Shown here piece after piece: positions 1 to 16,043 of a DNA stretch of 64,000 nucleotides. The notes beneath the pieces were generated by a model. It had not been told where the DNA came from and ran no database searches. It worked only from the letters and a program-made list of their open reading frames with translations. Each line of letters opens with the position of its first letter. The first letter of the stretch is position 1. This DNA is from Eledone cirrhosa. Lineage: Eukaryota. The position numbers and the translations under genes are program-made. The DNA is taken from contig OZ024742.1 in the NCBI GenBank assembly GCA_964016885.1, positions 247,690,001 through 247,754,000 of the forward strand, written 5' to 3'.

Positions 1-270
1 GTATTTCGTATTGAAGAAATAGACCAGTGCCAGTCTCGCACCTTGGGCGTTGGTTGCAATGCAATACTAAATTCCCTCTTCTAATTTAGCGCTAAATTCC
101 CCTCGATTCAATTATTTCAATTATTGTTACTTTTTACTAAAAGCCATTGATTCTGATTTAATGGCTCTCATTAGAGCGCACGCCCTCCTTTGTTGATGAT
201 GACCGAAGTCCACAAGTCTTATTTCTGTGAACTTGATGCCAATGGCACGACGCGCTATACACTCAGTAAG
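1..270 (-). mobile_element. Degenerate L1/Tx1-type LINE ORF2 fragment
   Basis: Minus-strand translation around 130-200 gives ALMRAIKSESMAFSK, matching ALKRAIRIESIRFSK in the Tx1-like ORF2 at 19289-20518; contains stops and frameshifts. Confidence 0.5.
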
Positions 271-433
271 CCTGTTCCTCTCTATATGATCATATTGAAG
301 GGATGAATAAGCTCCCTGTTCTAATTATAGGCATCCTACATTATCCCTACCTGTTCCTCTAATAAAAAGACTCAGCATCTCAGCCCATGAGCACACAAGT
401 ATATATACTACTACTAATAATAGTGATAATAAT

Positions 434-590
434 AATTGTTTCTACTTTTTGGCACAAGGCTAGCAATTATCCATGTGCATTACTGGTACTTTATTTTATC
501 GACTCCGTAAGGATGAAAGGCAAAGCTAACCTCGGCGGGATTTGAACTCAGAACGTAAAGGGCCATAACTCCATCGATGCTGCCAATCCA
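434..590 (-). mobile_element. tRNA-derived SINE (family S1)
   Basis: Reverse complement has B box GAGTTCAAATCC, core GCCTTTCATCCTTACGG-GTCGATAAAATAAAGTACCAG and tail TGTGCCAAAAAGTAGAAACAATT; many copies in window. Confidence 0.85.
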
Positions 591-1199
591 GCACCTGCTA
601 GATTAGACGGGATTTCATATATAGGATAAGATGAGGGCAAGTTCGGTCTATTTTTGACAGCAAGTACGCCTTGACCTGAACAGTACCGAGCGTGTTCATC
701 TTTCTACTCATTTCTCCATTCCTCCCTCCATACTTTGCTAAAATAAATCAATGAAATATAGAGGTTGTGGGTTTTTTCAACTCTTTTCATTACTTTAATC
801 ACCATTGGTCACTAAATATTGCAGAATCAATCATGATCGAAGAGATTAATCTATCAAATGCAACGTATAGCACGGAACGTTAAAAAACCATATTCACAGT
901 TTTGACGTTGCTAGGCTATATTAAAAACTATATTAAAAAAAGAAGTGATGGATAGTTTTATCATAGAAATAAGAGCATAAAAGGTGCACACATGGCTGTA
1001 TGGTTAAGGATTTTGTTTCCCAATCGCGTGGTTTCGGATTCGGTTCTGCTGTGTAGTAACTCCAGAGAATTCCCCTTACTATAGCTTTGGATTGAACTAT
1101 TCGTTGTCAGTGAAATGTTGAACACAAAAACTACGAAAAAGCCGTTCGTATAAACACGGAAGCACACATACACACAGACACACACGCTCGAAACATTAA

Positions 1200-2110
1200 A
1201 ACACTGTTCCTACTATATCAAGCATTAAATTAATTGTTTTACCCTGTTGAATTATCGCATATATATAGAGACAACATTTTATGTAAGTGAAATCAAGGAT
1301 TGGTTGGAAGATTGGTCAAGGATGTTGTGGTGCTAGATTTAGTAAGAGTGTAGTGTTCAAGTAATAGGCATGTCGAATGATCAGTGGTAGCATGTGTTAA
1401 ATTAAGCAATAATTTTAGGAGATAAAGTAATGTTGTTTTAGAAATGACTAGTGAAATATCTGAATTCACTAATATATATAATGTGTAAATGGTTTTATTG
1501 ACTAATGGACATTAAATATACAGTAGCTGATGGAGATGCAGTACAATAGTGATGATGTTAGAAGTAGAATAGCAATTACGTCATTATATAAAAGTGATAA
1601 GTATATGATGCCTACTTCAGAGTTATGATTTATATAATAAATAAGAATAAAGTGTTCAAGTTGGCGCCTCATTATAATAATGAAACCAGTAAGAAGTTCA
1701 GAACAGCTCTATCACTGCAAAAAAAGGTGCCACGTAGGTTATCAAAAATACAGTTTGTAAGTATGCAATAAGATGCAATAAGATATCCGTGGGAAAATTT
1801 ATGATTAGTTGCCACTTATAGGTGCTAAGTAATTTGGTATTATATTAAGGTAGAATGTGTTTAGGCAAATTACAGATTTGAAGCCAGAATCTTTTAATAA
1901 TTTCCATATGGACAAGAAGAAATGCAGTCAGTGTGATCGGTAAAGGTGGTGATTTAGCATAGATAATCAAAAGTTTCTCCGTTGTGCAGTTTTGGCAGGC
2001 TACATATTCCTGAATTAAGCCTTTTATTTTTTTGCTGTTGACATACCAAAAGTGCTATGAATGATAAAGTGATTTACCTGGTCTCTAAGCTGCGTATCTC
2101 TAATAAAATA
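1200..2110 (-). mobile_element. Possible degenerate Penelope-like element 3' end (GIY-YIG C-terminus plus AT-rich 3' region)
   Basis: Minus strand about 1900-2030 reads GIC..CTTEKLLIIYAKS...CISSCPY across frameshifts, similar to the CxLCxxEKxxI...C motif at 51550-51645. Confidence 0.35.
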
Positions 2111-2552
2111 TACTTTTATTCATGTAGCTAAATGGTCATCATATCATTGGGGGGGGGGGGGGGGTATGTGTTACTATTATGATATGGGAGCAAATAAGTA
2201 GTAGTTAACGTTGATACAGGTAAATCTATTGACATAAGAGTATGAAGGAGGTGTGTCCGTATATAAGCAATATATATGTGCATAGAGGGGGTAAATAAAA
2301 TATATATTATGAAATATGGGATATAATATGTAAATATTGAAGAATGTGAAAGTATATATATATATATATAAATATATGTTTGTGTGTGAGTCTATGTATA
2401 TATATATATATATATATGTCTTCAAGAAACCACTGGTGAATGAAATAATTATCTTATGTTGTTTATTACATAACTAAAAAGTTCTGTAGCCTACCTTTTG
2501 CTTTACCTTTCCTAGGGAAATACTTCATTTATATATATATATATATATATAA

Positions 2553-2607
2553 ACTCGGTGCCCCAGCATGGCCTCAGCCGGATGGCTGGAACAGGTTAAA
2601 GAATAAA
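2553..2607 (+). mobile_element. 3' tail fragment of another SINE/LINE family inside (TA)n
   Basis: GGTGCCCCAGCATGGCCTCAGCCGGATGGCTGGAACAGGTTAAAGAATAAA; resembles, from recollection, cephalopod SINE tails. Confidence 0.4.
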
Positions 2608-2656
2608 TATATATATATATATACATACATACACACACGCACACACATACACACAT

Positions 2657-2792
<136 letters not shown>

Positions 2793-2796
2793 ATGA

Positions 2797-3445
2797 TGGC
2801 TGCGCGTTGCAAATGGTGGTGCATATGAAAAAGTGAGTCCTTCATCAGTGACCCTCCAACCGTCCCAGGCATTTCATCGCTTTAAGGGCCATATGCCTCA
2901 GGTTGGTGCGAACAACGGCTAAAAAAAGTCGTTGGGACACGTAAATAAAGGGGACGTTAGGGTAACAAACAAAATGGTTTAAGCAACGGAAAGTGAGAAG
3001 AAATAGACAAGTCCCAGATCTCTATGAATATAAACTCAGTGAAATCGTGAACAAGAGACAAAAGACCATCAAACCTGGTTGAAATGTGAGCAAGGAAGGA
3101 ATTTCGCACAAGTCTAACGGGGGGGGAAGAAGAAGAAGAAGAAGAAGAAGAAGAAGAAGAAGAAGAAGAAGAAGAAGAAGAAGAAGAAGAAGAAGAAGAA
3201 GAAGAAGAAGAAGAAGAAGAAGAAGAAGAAGAAGGGGTCTGGTCTACGAATTCGGTAAACATAAGTTTTGTGAAGTCGCAGACGAAAGAGAGAGAGAAAA
3301 AAAATTCCATACCAGCTTGACCAGGACGCGCGAGAAAAGAATTACACACAGGTCAAACTTGAAGGAGGAGGAGGAAAGAGGAGGAGGAGAGGTAATGACA
3401 GAGAATGAGTGAGTGAAAGTTGAGGAGGAGGCTAACAGAGAGAGA
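2797..3445. repeat. Dispersed ~640-bp repeat, copy 1 (homologous to 63300-63900), with an (AAG)n expansion at 3127-3233
   Basis: Shared blocks CCTTCATCAGTGA, CAACGGCTAAAAAA-GTCGTTGGGACACGTAAATAAAGGG, AAACCTGGTT and GAGAATGAGTGAGTGAA in both copies. Confidence 0.85.
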
Positions 3446-3512
<67 letters not shown>

Positions 3513-3544
3513 GCATATATAATTATATATATATATATATATAC

Positions 3545-3589
<45 letters not shown>

Positions 3590-3630
3590 TACACGGGTCT
3601 GTATAAATATGTCCGATCACAGAAACACAG

Positions 3631-3688
<58 letters not shown>

Positions 3689-3690
<2 letters not shown>

Positions 3691-3855
3691 AGCTCAAGCC
3701 GTTTCGACGGCTAATTCTGGACTAGAATTAGCCGTCGAAACGGCTTGAGCTCAGCCTTCGGGGTCTTACTGGTTCCTATTACCCACTCTACTACCCCAAG
3801 TATTGAGTACTTTGGTGCGTTATGGTCCACCTGGTTCCTTACCACATTTCCTTCG

Positions 3856-3858
<3 letters not shown>
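3689..3858 (+). mobile_element. Family A fold-back element (palindrome 3689-3751 plus shared tail)
   Basis: GAGCTCAAGCCGTTTCGACGGCTAATTCT/AGAATTAGCCGTCGAAACGGCTTGAGCTC; tail CCACTCTACTACCCCAAGTATTGAGTAC...GGTTCCTTACCAC shared with 29927, 40451 and 48256; flanked by (TA)n. Confidence 0.85.
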
Positions 3859-3889
<31 letters not shown>

Positions 3890-3890
<1 letters not shown>

Positions 3891-4262
3891 TACACGTGTG
3901 TGTATGATTGTGTATAGAAGATTATTTTAATAAAAGGAATTCCAATTTTGTCTGATTTACTCGTTTTATTTATAATCCTTTAAAATGTATAATGGTATTA
4001 TAATGAAATAGTATGGTAGAATATTAAATGTTAAGTGTTAATTGAACAAGTAGTTTCATGCTTTTGCAATCTTCAGGTTCAAATTCAGTGTTGAGAATCA
4101 AGTTTTCAATTTTCAACTATGAAAGAATGAAAGTACTTGTTCAATTAACATTTAACATTTAATATTCTACCATACTACATATCTTTATAATATCATCATA
4201 ATTTTAAAGGATTGTAAATAATAAGAGTAAATCAGACAAAGTTGGAATTCCTTTTATTAATA
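3890..4262 (-). mobile_element. Family B fold-back element with hammerhead-like core
   Basis: Inverted arms about 3927-4052 and 4134-4262; minus-strand CTGAAGA-TTGC-AAAA-GCAT-GAAAC at 4053-4076; further copies at 5745-5880, 38810-38942 and 57187-57415. Confidence 0.75.
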
Positions 4263-4285
4263 TATATATATATTATATATATATA

Positions 4286-4316
<31 letters not shown>

Positions 4317-4719
4317 TCATCTATGTGCGTGCGTGTGTGTGTGTATCTGTATTGTATGTATGCGTGCGTGTATTTATATATATTAACTAATACAATAATC
4401 TTGTAAGGTATGGTAAATAAAAAAGTTAAAATATCTCATAATTCAATATAATTATACATCATATAGCTTGCTTTATAAATTAACGACAGTTCTGTTTTCT
4501 TCTTTTCATATAACATTTGTAAAGATTCATTTACAAGAGACCACACGATATTCCAACATTACAATACATATGTTTATTTGACCTTAAACCAAAAAACATG
4601 GAATTCTTCTCTTGCCAAACTGATATCCTTCTATTGTATTACGTTACACCCTTCGGTTATATTTCAAATATATATATAAAACTTTGCTTGTGATTATTAA
4701 GCTTCATACCAGAAAGTGC

Positions 4720-5015
4720 CAGCTCTATTAGCTGTACATATTTAGCCATAAACAATTAGATGTACACATATAGATTTACAAATTTAGCTGCAAATCTTTA
4801 GTTCTACTGATATAGCTTTATATATCTGGTTCTCCACATTTAGCTGTATATTTTTAGCTATACAATTAGTTTTACACACTTACTTCTACACATCTAGCTT
4901 TACACATTTAGTTATAATTATAGATCTGTACATACCTCACTCGATACATTCAGTTTTGCACATATAGTTGTATATATATTTGTAGGTGTATATATTTAAC
5001 TGCCTAGATTTCGCT
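4720..5015. repeat. Degenerate minisatellite (unit roughly TTTAGCTGTACACA)
   Basis: Recurrent ATTAGCTGTACATA / TTTAGCTGCAAAT / TTTAGCTGTATAT / CTAGCTTTACACATT motifs. Confidence 0.5.
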
Positions 5016-5085
5016 GTACGAAGGCGTCGAATAGGCAAACTCGTTTGAGTGTCGTATAAAATGCTTTACAGTGTTCGTTCATGCA

Positions 5086-5186
5086 CTCATCCCTAAGATC
5101 AACTTCCTCATCCTAAGATCAACTTCCTCATCCCTAAGATCAACTTCCTCATCCTAAGATCAACTTCCTCATCCCTAAGATCAACT
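5086..5186. repeat. Tandem repeat of alternating 21/20-bp units
   Basis: CTCATCCCTAAGATCAACTTC and CTCATCCTAAGATCAACTTC alternate over five units. Confidence 0.9.
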
Positions 5187-5325
5187 CGATCTTTCCTCAT
5201 TTCAATATAAATAAGAAGAGTAAGCGTCTCTTACGGGGATCTATTCTTCGTTTGTACATGTTCCTTTCTTCCTTTCCTGTATATCATTTACTTCTTCTCT
5301 CCCCCGTGTCTCTGTTTCGCGCACT

Positions 5326-5744
<419 letters not shown>

Positions 5745-5745
<1 letters not shown>

Positions 5746-5880
5746 CAGTTGAAAATTAAAAACTGACTATGAACCTGAAGATTACGAAACCATGAAACTA
5801 CTTGTTCAATTAACACTTAACATTCAATATTCTACCATACTATTTCATTATAATATCATTATAATTTTAAAGGATTGTAG
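5745..5880 (+). mobile_element. Family B copy with hammerhead-like core
   Basis: CTGAAGATTACGAAACCATGAAAC at 5775-5798, followed by TACTTGTTCAATTAACACTTAACATT as in 3890-4262. Confidence 0.7.
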
Positions 5881-6000
5881 CCTGAATTTATGCCGCACGG
5901 TGTTAAGGCAACCACGTCTCCTTTTTGTTCAACACTTACACAGGAACGATGTACTAGTTTCAAGCTTGTTAGCTATCATCAGCACCGTATACCCTTCTGC
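5880..6000 (-). ncRNA. Minimal hammerhead-ribozyme-like motif in a dispersed repeat (second copy 31600-31712)
   Basis: Minus strand CTGATGA-TAGCT-AACA-AGCTT-GAAAC at 5957-5982; the second copy has CTGACGA-TAGCT-AATA-AGCTT-GAAAC with the stem conserved and the loop changed. Confidence 0.65.
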
Positions 6001-6049
6001 GTTATAATAAGCGTCCGCTAAACTGATACGTGCATATATGTATGTGTAC

Positions 6050-6557
<508 letters not shown>

Positions 6558-6775
6558 AAGTTATAAGAATCAAAGTTCTGTTCAAATCATTTATATGCTT
6601 ACAATTGTGTCCTCCAAACCGAAGTTTGGATTCTCCGGAGCAATTTATTAGTGAATGATCACATATATGATATGACCCCCTTTTCAACCCAAGAGACATA
6701 CAGATACATATGCAAATATTGTTGTTTGGTGGGTCGACATCCATTATAACATTTAGCGTGGCAGTATATCCTTAA

Positions 6776-6827
<52 letters not shown>

Positions 6828-7049
6828 CCCTTTCATATATATATATTGATATACTTGGGGAGGGTCATATTGTTGTAATAATGTTGCCAGAATTAATAAC
6901 ATAACACACTCACTGTTTGGTTGGTTTTCGCTACTGTATCTTTTATATCATATATATATATGTGTGTGTGTGTGTGTGCGTGTGTCTGTATGTGTGAGTG
7001 TGTTTGAATGCATATGCATATATACATATATATATATGCATACATATAT

Positions 7050-7260
7050 ATGAATGGACCAGTTATTTTTATCTAAAGACATTCTTTCTAATTCCATCGC
7101 GCCCGTCCCCTCAATCTATCTTATTTCTCATTCTTTCTTCTGATAAAGGACAAGCGTCCGAAATGTTAAGACCCTCTTCCTGCTATACCAAACGTTAACC
7201 TAATATATCCCTTCCATATACTGTACCGATTGTGTTGTTGTTATTTCTGTTTACCTTTTA

Positions 7261-7262
<2 letters not shown>
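7050..7262 (+). mobile_element. PLE-type terminal fragment with minimal hammerhead-like core (family shared with 59518-59960 minus)
   Basis: CTGATAA-AGGAC-AAGC-GTCC-GAAAT at 7140-7164; flanks TTTCTCATTCT... and ATGTTAAGAC match the reverse complement of 59600-59655. Confidence 0.6.
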
Positions 7263-7359
<97 letters not shown>

Positions 7360-8112
7360 ATATATATATAAGTACACATATATATATATGTGTGTACTTA
7401 TATATGTATATGCGTATGCGTGCTTATATAATATGTATGTATATATATATATGTGTGTATATAGATACATGTATATAAATATAAATTAAAAAATGAAATA
7501 AAAATTCAAGTGATTAGGAATATACTTCACTGCTTTACGATCATTTCTAGGTGATAATACATCGTACCCATATTTCGCTATCGATCTATATAAGGTTAGT
7601 TACAAAATATCAAATAAGGAATATATTTACCTACGTGAATATTGTCAGCCGTTGTCAAATGCAATGACAATTTTATTCAAAATCAATAGTAAATTGAGTT
7701 CTATGATCTTATTTAGTGGTAGCTGAAGAACAAACCAATCAAATGGCGTTTTGCCATATGATGTTAAGATGAAATATAACTCACTTTAGTTAAGGTCATG
7801 ACCTTTTGAAAGGAATGGTTGAATGGTGTTAAAAATAGAATTACTATGAAAAACCTATGAAGAAAAGGGATTGTTATATTGATAGATGGATGTAGATGGT
7901 GGAGTGAAGTTTAAAAAGGGATGTAAAAATTATATGTTGAGTTGTGTTATATGGGGTTTTAGGTGAATATAAATAAAGAAATCTAAAATATACGCAAACA
8001 ACTAGGATAAATATAGATAGGTAAATTAATGGTCATAACTAGGAAGGATAGTATATTAAAAGATGAAAATTATAATAAGATAATAAAATACAATAATATA
8101 ATAATATAATAT

Positions 8113-8200
8113 AATTGTTTCTACTTTAGGCACAAGGCCAGCAATTAACCAGTGTATTACTGGTACTTTATTTTATCGACCCCGTGAGGATGAAAGGCAA
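8113..8200 (-). mobile_element. SINE S1, 5'-truncated
   Basis: AATTGTTTCTACTTTAGGCACAAGGCCAGC...GATGAAAGGCAA. Confidence 0.85.
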
Positions 8201-8209
8201 ATATAATAA

Positions 8210-9063
8210 TCTATATATATAAAACTGTGGTTGTCTGTCTGCCTATCGATATTTGGCACACATCTCCTCTTAGAATCTCTCACGGAATTGCACCGAAATT
8301 GCTATACTTGTACATTGAGCCCTAGCGAAGACATCGGAAAAAAAATATTTCAAATTGACCCACCCTATCTGACGAAATCGTATATAATGTATCGATTTTT
8401 GAGCGTAAGTTATCAGTTATTTCCCTTTGTTCTGTTTACATTGAGCGTCTTACGTAAAAAATTACGCTGGCTTTCTCAGCGTTTAAAATAACATTAACAC
8501 AATACACGAAGCTTCCGTTTTGCTTCATTTCCATTTAAAAGCATTTTAAAACAATATTTTTACTTGAAAACAAGTCTATTTAAAGACTACGTAAAACAAG
8601 CAAATATTTCGTCGTTAGGCGTGCAGACAGACAGTCGTGCAGACAGACGTCGTGCAGAGAGGTGATATACGCGTGCAGACAGATAGTCGTGCAGAGAGGT
8701 GATATAGGCGTGCAGACAGACAGTCGTGCAGAGAGGTGATATAGGCGTGCAGACAGACATAACTGATAATTTGGTTACGCAAATGTTTCTCTCTGCGTTG
8801 CAGTGTTTACATTTTCGATCTTTGTTAATAAATAACCAGTGCAGTTTCTATCCCCAGCATCCTCTTTTGTTATAACATTCGGGTTATCGTTATGTTTTCT
8901 TAACTTCATAAGGCATATTGTTGGTTGAGGGAATATTAATCAAAAACACCACATGCAAGTCTGCACAGTAGACACTACAGTTTTAAGCCAAGAAAGAAAC
9001 TTAACATTGTAACTTTAACACAGCTACTGAGCGACCCCGAGCAACGCCGGGCTTTACTGCTAG
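8210..9063 (+). mobile_element. Non-autonomous Helitron
   Basis: 5' TCTATATATATAAAAC, subterminal hairpin CCCGAGCAACGCCGGG and 3' CTAG; inserted between A and T with no TSD; internal tandem repeat at 8618-8758. Confidence 0.8.
8618..8758. repeat. Minisatellite inside the Helitron
   Basis: Repeats of GCGTGCAGACAGACAGTCGTGCAGAGAGGTGATATAG. Confidence 0.85.
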
Positions 9064-10267
9064 TATAATATAATGTAATATAATATAGTGCATTATGGTA
9101 CATTGTATATAGTATATTATAGCGTATGATGCATCATAAAATATAAAATAGTAAATATTTTCAAGTGGGTCTATGTATAAGTAATCAATCCCCCCAGATA
9201 AATTCATGTTGACATATAGCCAAAACGCATAATTTTCTTAGATCACAAAAGTACATATACTCACATATATAGATAGAGGTATAATTACATAGATACTCCG
9301 TTAAAACCATACATACGCATACATAGATATATACATATATCTATACATACATACACGCACACATACATATACGTATATATATACATACATAAACATACAT
9401 ATATTCATGTACACACACATACATGTACATACACATACACACACACATATATACATATACACACATATACATATATATATATTCTCTTATCATACATACA
9501 TAGATACATGTATACCCATGCAATTACAGGTGGTTATGTACCTTGATGCCCTTAGTCAGTAACACATGGATCTATGGAAGCTAACAAATTAAAAGGTTAA
9601 ACAATTAACAGGAAGGCGTATAATAAGGAGAAGGGGATACTAATAAAAAGGTACGTCACATAGAGCTATAATCAGCTGTTATTTAGAATGTTTAATTAGG
9701 TTTATAGTACTTAAATGTTTTTCGTATACGGTGATTACAAGCTATAATCGGTTCTTGTCTTTTATTCAATAAATCATCCTTAGATTTAGTAATTTCCAAT
9801 TATACACCTTCCTGTTAATTTTAACCTTTTAATTTTTTATTAAAGTGAGTTATATTTCGTCTTAACATCATATGGGAAAACACCATTTGATTGGTTTGTT
9901 CTTCAGCTACCTACAAATAAGGTCATAGAACTCATTTTATTATTGATTTTGAATAACATTTTCATTGCTTTTGACAACGCCTGGTAAATATATTACTTAT
10001 TTGATATTTTGTAACTAACCTTACACAGATCGATAACGAAATATGCGTACGATGTATTATCATCACCTAGAAACGACCGTAAAGCAGTGAAGAATATTCC
10101 TAATGACTTGAATTTTTATTTCATTGTTTTAACTTATATCATGACTCTGTTTTATTGTTTTCCGAGATTTATTTTAACCTACAACATTTTCAACATATGG
10201 ATTACATTGAGTTGTTGATTACATTGAGTTGACCTCACAACTAACCGTGGATATTTCTGTATATATA

Positions 10268-10905
10268 TATTACACAAATAGAAGTGTGTTACACAGTGAA
10301 ATGTGTGTAAAGGATTATTACAAGTGATTTTTACCGTTACTGTATAGAAAACAATATCTACAGGTATAGCAATTAAATAGAAACAAAAACCTAAGTCAGA
10401 ATCAAATCAATAAAGTAGAGTTTTAAATTACTAACCTTATAACTATAAGTTTGCTGATACGAATTAAGTTCGTTTCGCCACAGAAATGTGCAGTTTAACA
10501 GCCACAGGTTCATCAGTCAGCAAATGTGGATTCTGTTTACTATACATCTAACCTCATGGATAGAGAGAAAGCTAATATACACGCTGCCCAGGGTAGGGCG
10601 AAATCACGTGTTATTTGCATCAAATGACGGTTCTCATGGATTGGGGAAAATGCTAGAGAGTTCAGCCCAACCATTCGAATTTATTAGCTCAACAATTTGG
10701 AGCTCGTTAAGTATACTAGGATCGGAATTAAGAGTATTCCGCAGTTCACAGTAATAATAATAATATTAGCTCAAAGAAGAATAGAGAATTTTCTTCTGAG
10801 CTCAGATACAAATACATTACACAAATAGAAGTGTGTTACACAGTAAAATGTGTGTAAAGGATTATTACAAGTGATTTTTACCGTTACTGTATAGAAAACA
10901 ATATA
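10268..10905 (-). mobile_element. Element with ~90-bp direct terminal repeats and an internal hammerhead-like core (pLTR/retrozyme-like)
   Basis: ATTACACAAATAGAAGTGTGTTACACAG...GTATAGAAAACAATAT at 10268-10357 and 10815-10904; minus-strand CTGATGAACCTGTGGC...TCTGTGGCGAAAC at 10472-10516. Confidence 0.7.
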
Positions 10906-11177
10906 TATATATATATATATATTGTTTTCTATATATATATATATATATATATACATATATTATTATTATTATTATTATTATTATTTGTTTGACCCGAATT
11001 TGGTCGTTTCTATGGCTTTGCGGATAATGGTTTAACGATCGTCTCAGTGTGTTTGGCTTTTTAACTTACGCTGTTGCTCTAGTTCACTAATTTCTATGGA
11101 GAGCTTGCCACACATCACGAAAGTTGTTTTTCGCTAATTTCCAATAGTCGAAATAGCCGGTTGCAACGTTTATAAAA

Positions 11178-11398
<221 letters not shown>

Positions 11399-12676
11399 CA
11401 TATATACGTCTATAACAATGACGTAGAAGCCAGTAGGTTCAGCGAAAATACATACATATTTAAATATATCTATGTTCATGTCTTTTATACATTTACACTC
11501 GTGTAAGTATTTTTTTATGTGTTTCAGTTGTTTGTTTTTCTTCTATCTTTATCATCTTACAGCTATAGATTCTGGCTCACACATTACAAATGATAACAGT
11601 GTAAATGTCTGAAGGCTTCGAGATAGAATCTTCTATTGACATCTTGGCAAAGGAGATATATCTACTTGAATAACCATTGAACATTTTCACTAGATATATC
11701 GATGCCCTTAGCTCACTGCGAGCTTCAGCTATTGCCTGCTAATTTTACTGTTTACACACCATTTTCCTGTCATACCCTTTACGCAATGTCAATGAAATGT
11801 GTGTGAAGGAAACTTCCCCAAGGCCTATATACAAGAGCCATCCAGAGCATTGCCAAATTTTCTATCTTCAGAAGCTGATCCCTTTGAATGTGTTTAGTAT
11901 TTGTAGCGTTATTATTCGATATCACGTAAAGCATTACATCGAGACAAAAGCATACAAATCATTTATGTATTATTGCTACACATTCTTATATAAGGACATT
12001 CACCTATACATACGTCTATATATACATATACTCATGCATTCACATATAATACATACATACAAACTCATATATATGCATACATTCATTCATACATCTCTCT
12101 CTGTCTTTCTCTCTCTCTCTCACACTCTCTCTCTCTCTCTCTCTCTCTCTGTATATATATATACATATATATATATACATTCCCTGATATCTACCTACCT
12201 ACATAACTACCTACATACATATATACAAAGATACATACATGCATATATATATGCATATATGGATGCAGACACACTTTGTATCTAGTAATTAATAGAGAGT
12301 ATTCCTCGATGTCTATCTATGTGATCCTGCATATCATTAAATCTCTTAATTACAACATTATTGTAGTTCGAAAATGATATGCTCTCACATGCATACATAC
12401 ACATTCGTATGCACACATAAAACAACACAAACACACACATAAATATACGGTCTCATTTACACTCACTCACCAATATGTATGTGTGTGTGTGTATGGTTGG
12501 GGTATATTAATGCGGTGGATGTCCTACCATCGCTCGGGCGGTTTCAGCTTTTAAACCCTTCAAGCTACGTTACCAGTGCACCTGAAGTAAGTAGTTCTGG
12601 TTACAAGCTGAAACGCCCACTATCGGATGGTCTAAGCTTTACATCGTTAAAATGCCAACTCTGCATATATTCCACT

Positions 12677-13791
<1,115 letters not shown>

Positions 13792-13853
13792 GTATACGTA
13801 TATATACATATATATATGTGTGTGTGTGTGTGTATATATATAATATATATATG

Positions 13854-13904
<51 letters not shown>

Positions 13905-13956
13905 GCACACATATGTAATTACATATATATACACACACACATATATATATATATAT

Positions 13957-14000
<44 letters not shown>

Positions 14001-14006
14001 CCTACC

Positions 14007-14087
<81 letters not shown>

Positions 14088-14597
14088 TGCAGGTTGTACA
14101 GGAATTATCAAACACACATATACAAGCAGAAGGTTATATTTTAACACATACTGACTCATACACGTCACACTATACGCAGCCCCTTCCTCCACACACATAT
14201 AAGCAAAAACGAAAACCAAACAAACACATACACTTTTACCAAGACAAAAAGAATAATTTATATATAAAAAATACAACTATTACAAACACATCCTCAACCC
14301 CAAAAGAGCTTTGCTTGATTTCCTCACATCACACAAAAACATACATGCACACATACACTCACACACACACACACACACACATACACATACACACTCACTT
14401 ACACCCACAAACACTGACTCACTCATTCTCATAAATACACGCTCACACACACACACACTAACACTCCACGAAACCAAAGACACCATATATACTTTTTTTC
14501 AAATTCAATTCCCTATCGTCCTTTCAACCAACCAAAAACCTTGAACTTCTGACCACAATATACCATTATTCATTCACTTGACATAATACAGCCCCTC

Positions 14598-15217
<620 letters not shown>

Positions 15218-15221
15218 AACT

Positions 15222-15252
<31 letters not shown>

Positions 15253-15377
15253 GTGTGTATGTATGTGTGGGTGTGTGTGTGTGTGTGTATCAAAGGTATA
15301 TAATGAGTTAAAAACTCAAAATAGTCTCTTACAATTAAATAGCTCAAGGAAAGAGATTTTTCCGAGCCCTGTAATAT

Positions 15378-15635
15378 ATTTGAATATAAAAGAGAGATAA
15401 ACACAGATATATACATATGTGTGTTCAAATCGTAAGGGACCAGATTCGCTAGGGTGAAAAAGATACTAACTATGAACAATAGGGTTTGCCAGCCTCAATT
15501 TAAAATAATAAATCAAGAAAAGATATACAAACCGATATTGGGGCAACTGTCAGACACCCAGACAGCGAATCTCGTCCCTTACGATTTGAACACATATATG
15601 TATATATCTGTGATTATCTCTCTTTTATATTCAAT
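15378..15635. repeat. Fold-back element, ~70-bp arms
   Basis: TTGAATATAAAAGAGAGATAA...GTTCAAATCGTAAGGGACCAGATTCGCT (15380-15450) vs AGCGAATCTCGTCCCTTACGATTTGAAC...TCTCTCTTTTATATTCAA (15564-15634). Confidence 0.85.
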
Positions 15636-15999
15636 TATATATATGTATATGTATACATGTATATGTGTATATATATGTATCATATATATATATATATACA
15701 TATACACAGAGATACAGTGTCAGATTGATAGATATATAGATAAATAGATAAATTCGTAGGTGGATTGCCGATAGGTATCTATAATTGACCATAGTTAAAC
15801 GACGCCAATTCCTCCTTAGAACATAAGCAACTTTATCTTGGATAGAAGTTATTCAACAGGTTTAGAAGTGTCTAATCCGTATCAAATCATCCGGACTTTC
15901 ATGATGATTCCATACGAATTAAAGAGTTCATATGTAGACATCATTGCTATTTAAAATATAGTCTCTTTCTCTCAATCTCTTTATCTCCCCCCACCCAAC

Positions 16000-16037
<38 letters not shown>

Positions 16038-16043
<6 letters not shown>

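Larger units (their letters stand above)
7483..10137. repeat. ~300-bp inverted repeat pair (7483-7790 / 9840-10137) enclosing a SINE and a Helitron
   Basis: AAGGTTAGTTACAAAATATCAAATAAG vs CTTATTTGATATTTTGTAACTAACCTT; GAAGAACAAACCAATCAAATGG vs CCATTTGATTGGTTTGTTCTTC. Confidence 0.85.

Noticed and set aside
5086-5186. Iteron- or CRISPR-like 21/20-bp repeats
   Set aside because: Simple tandem duplication with no spacers
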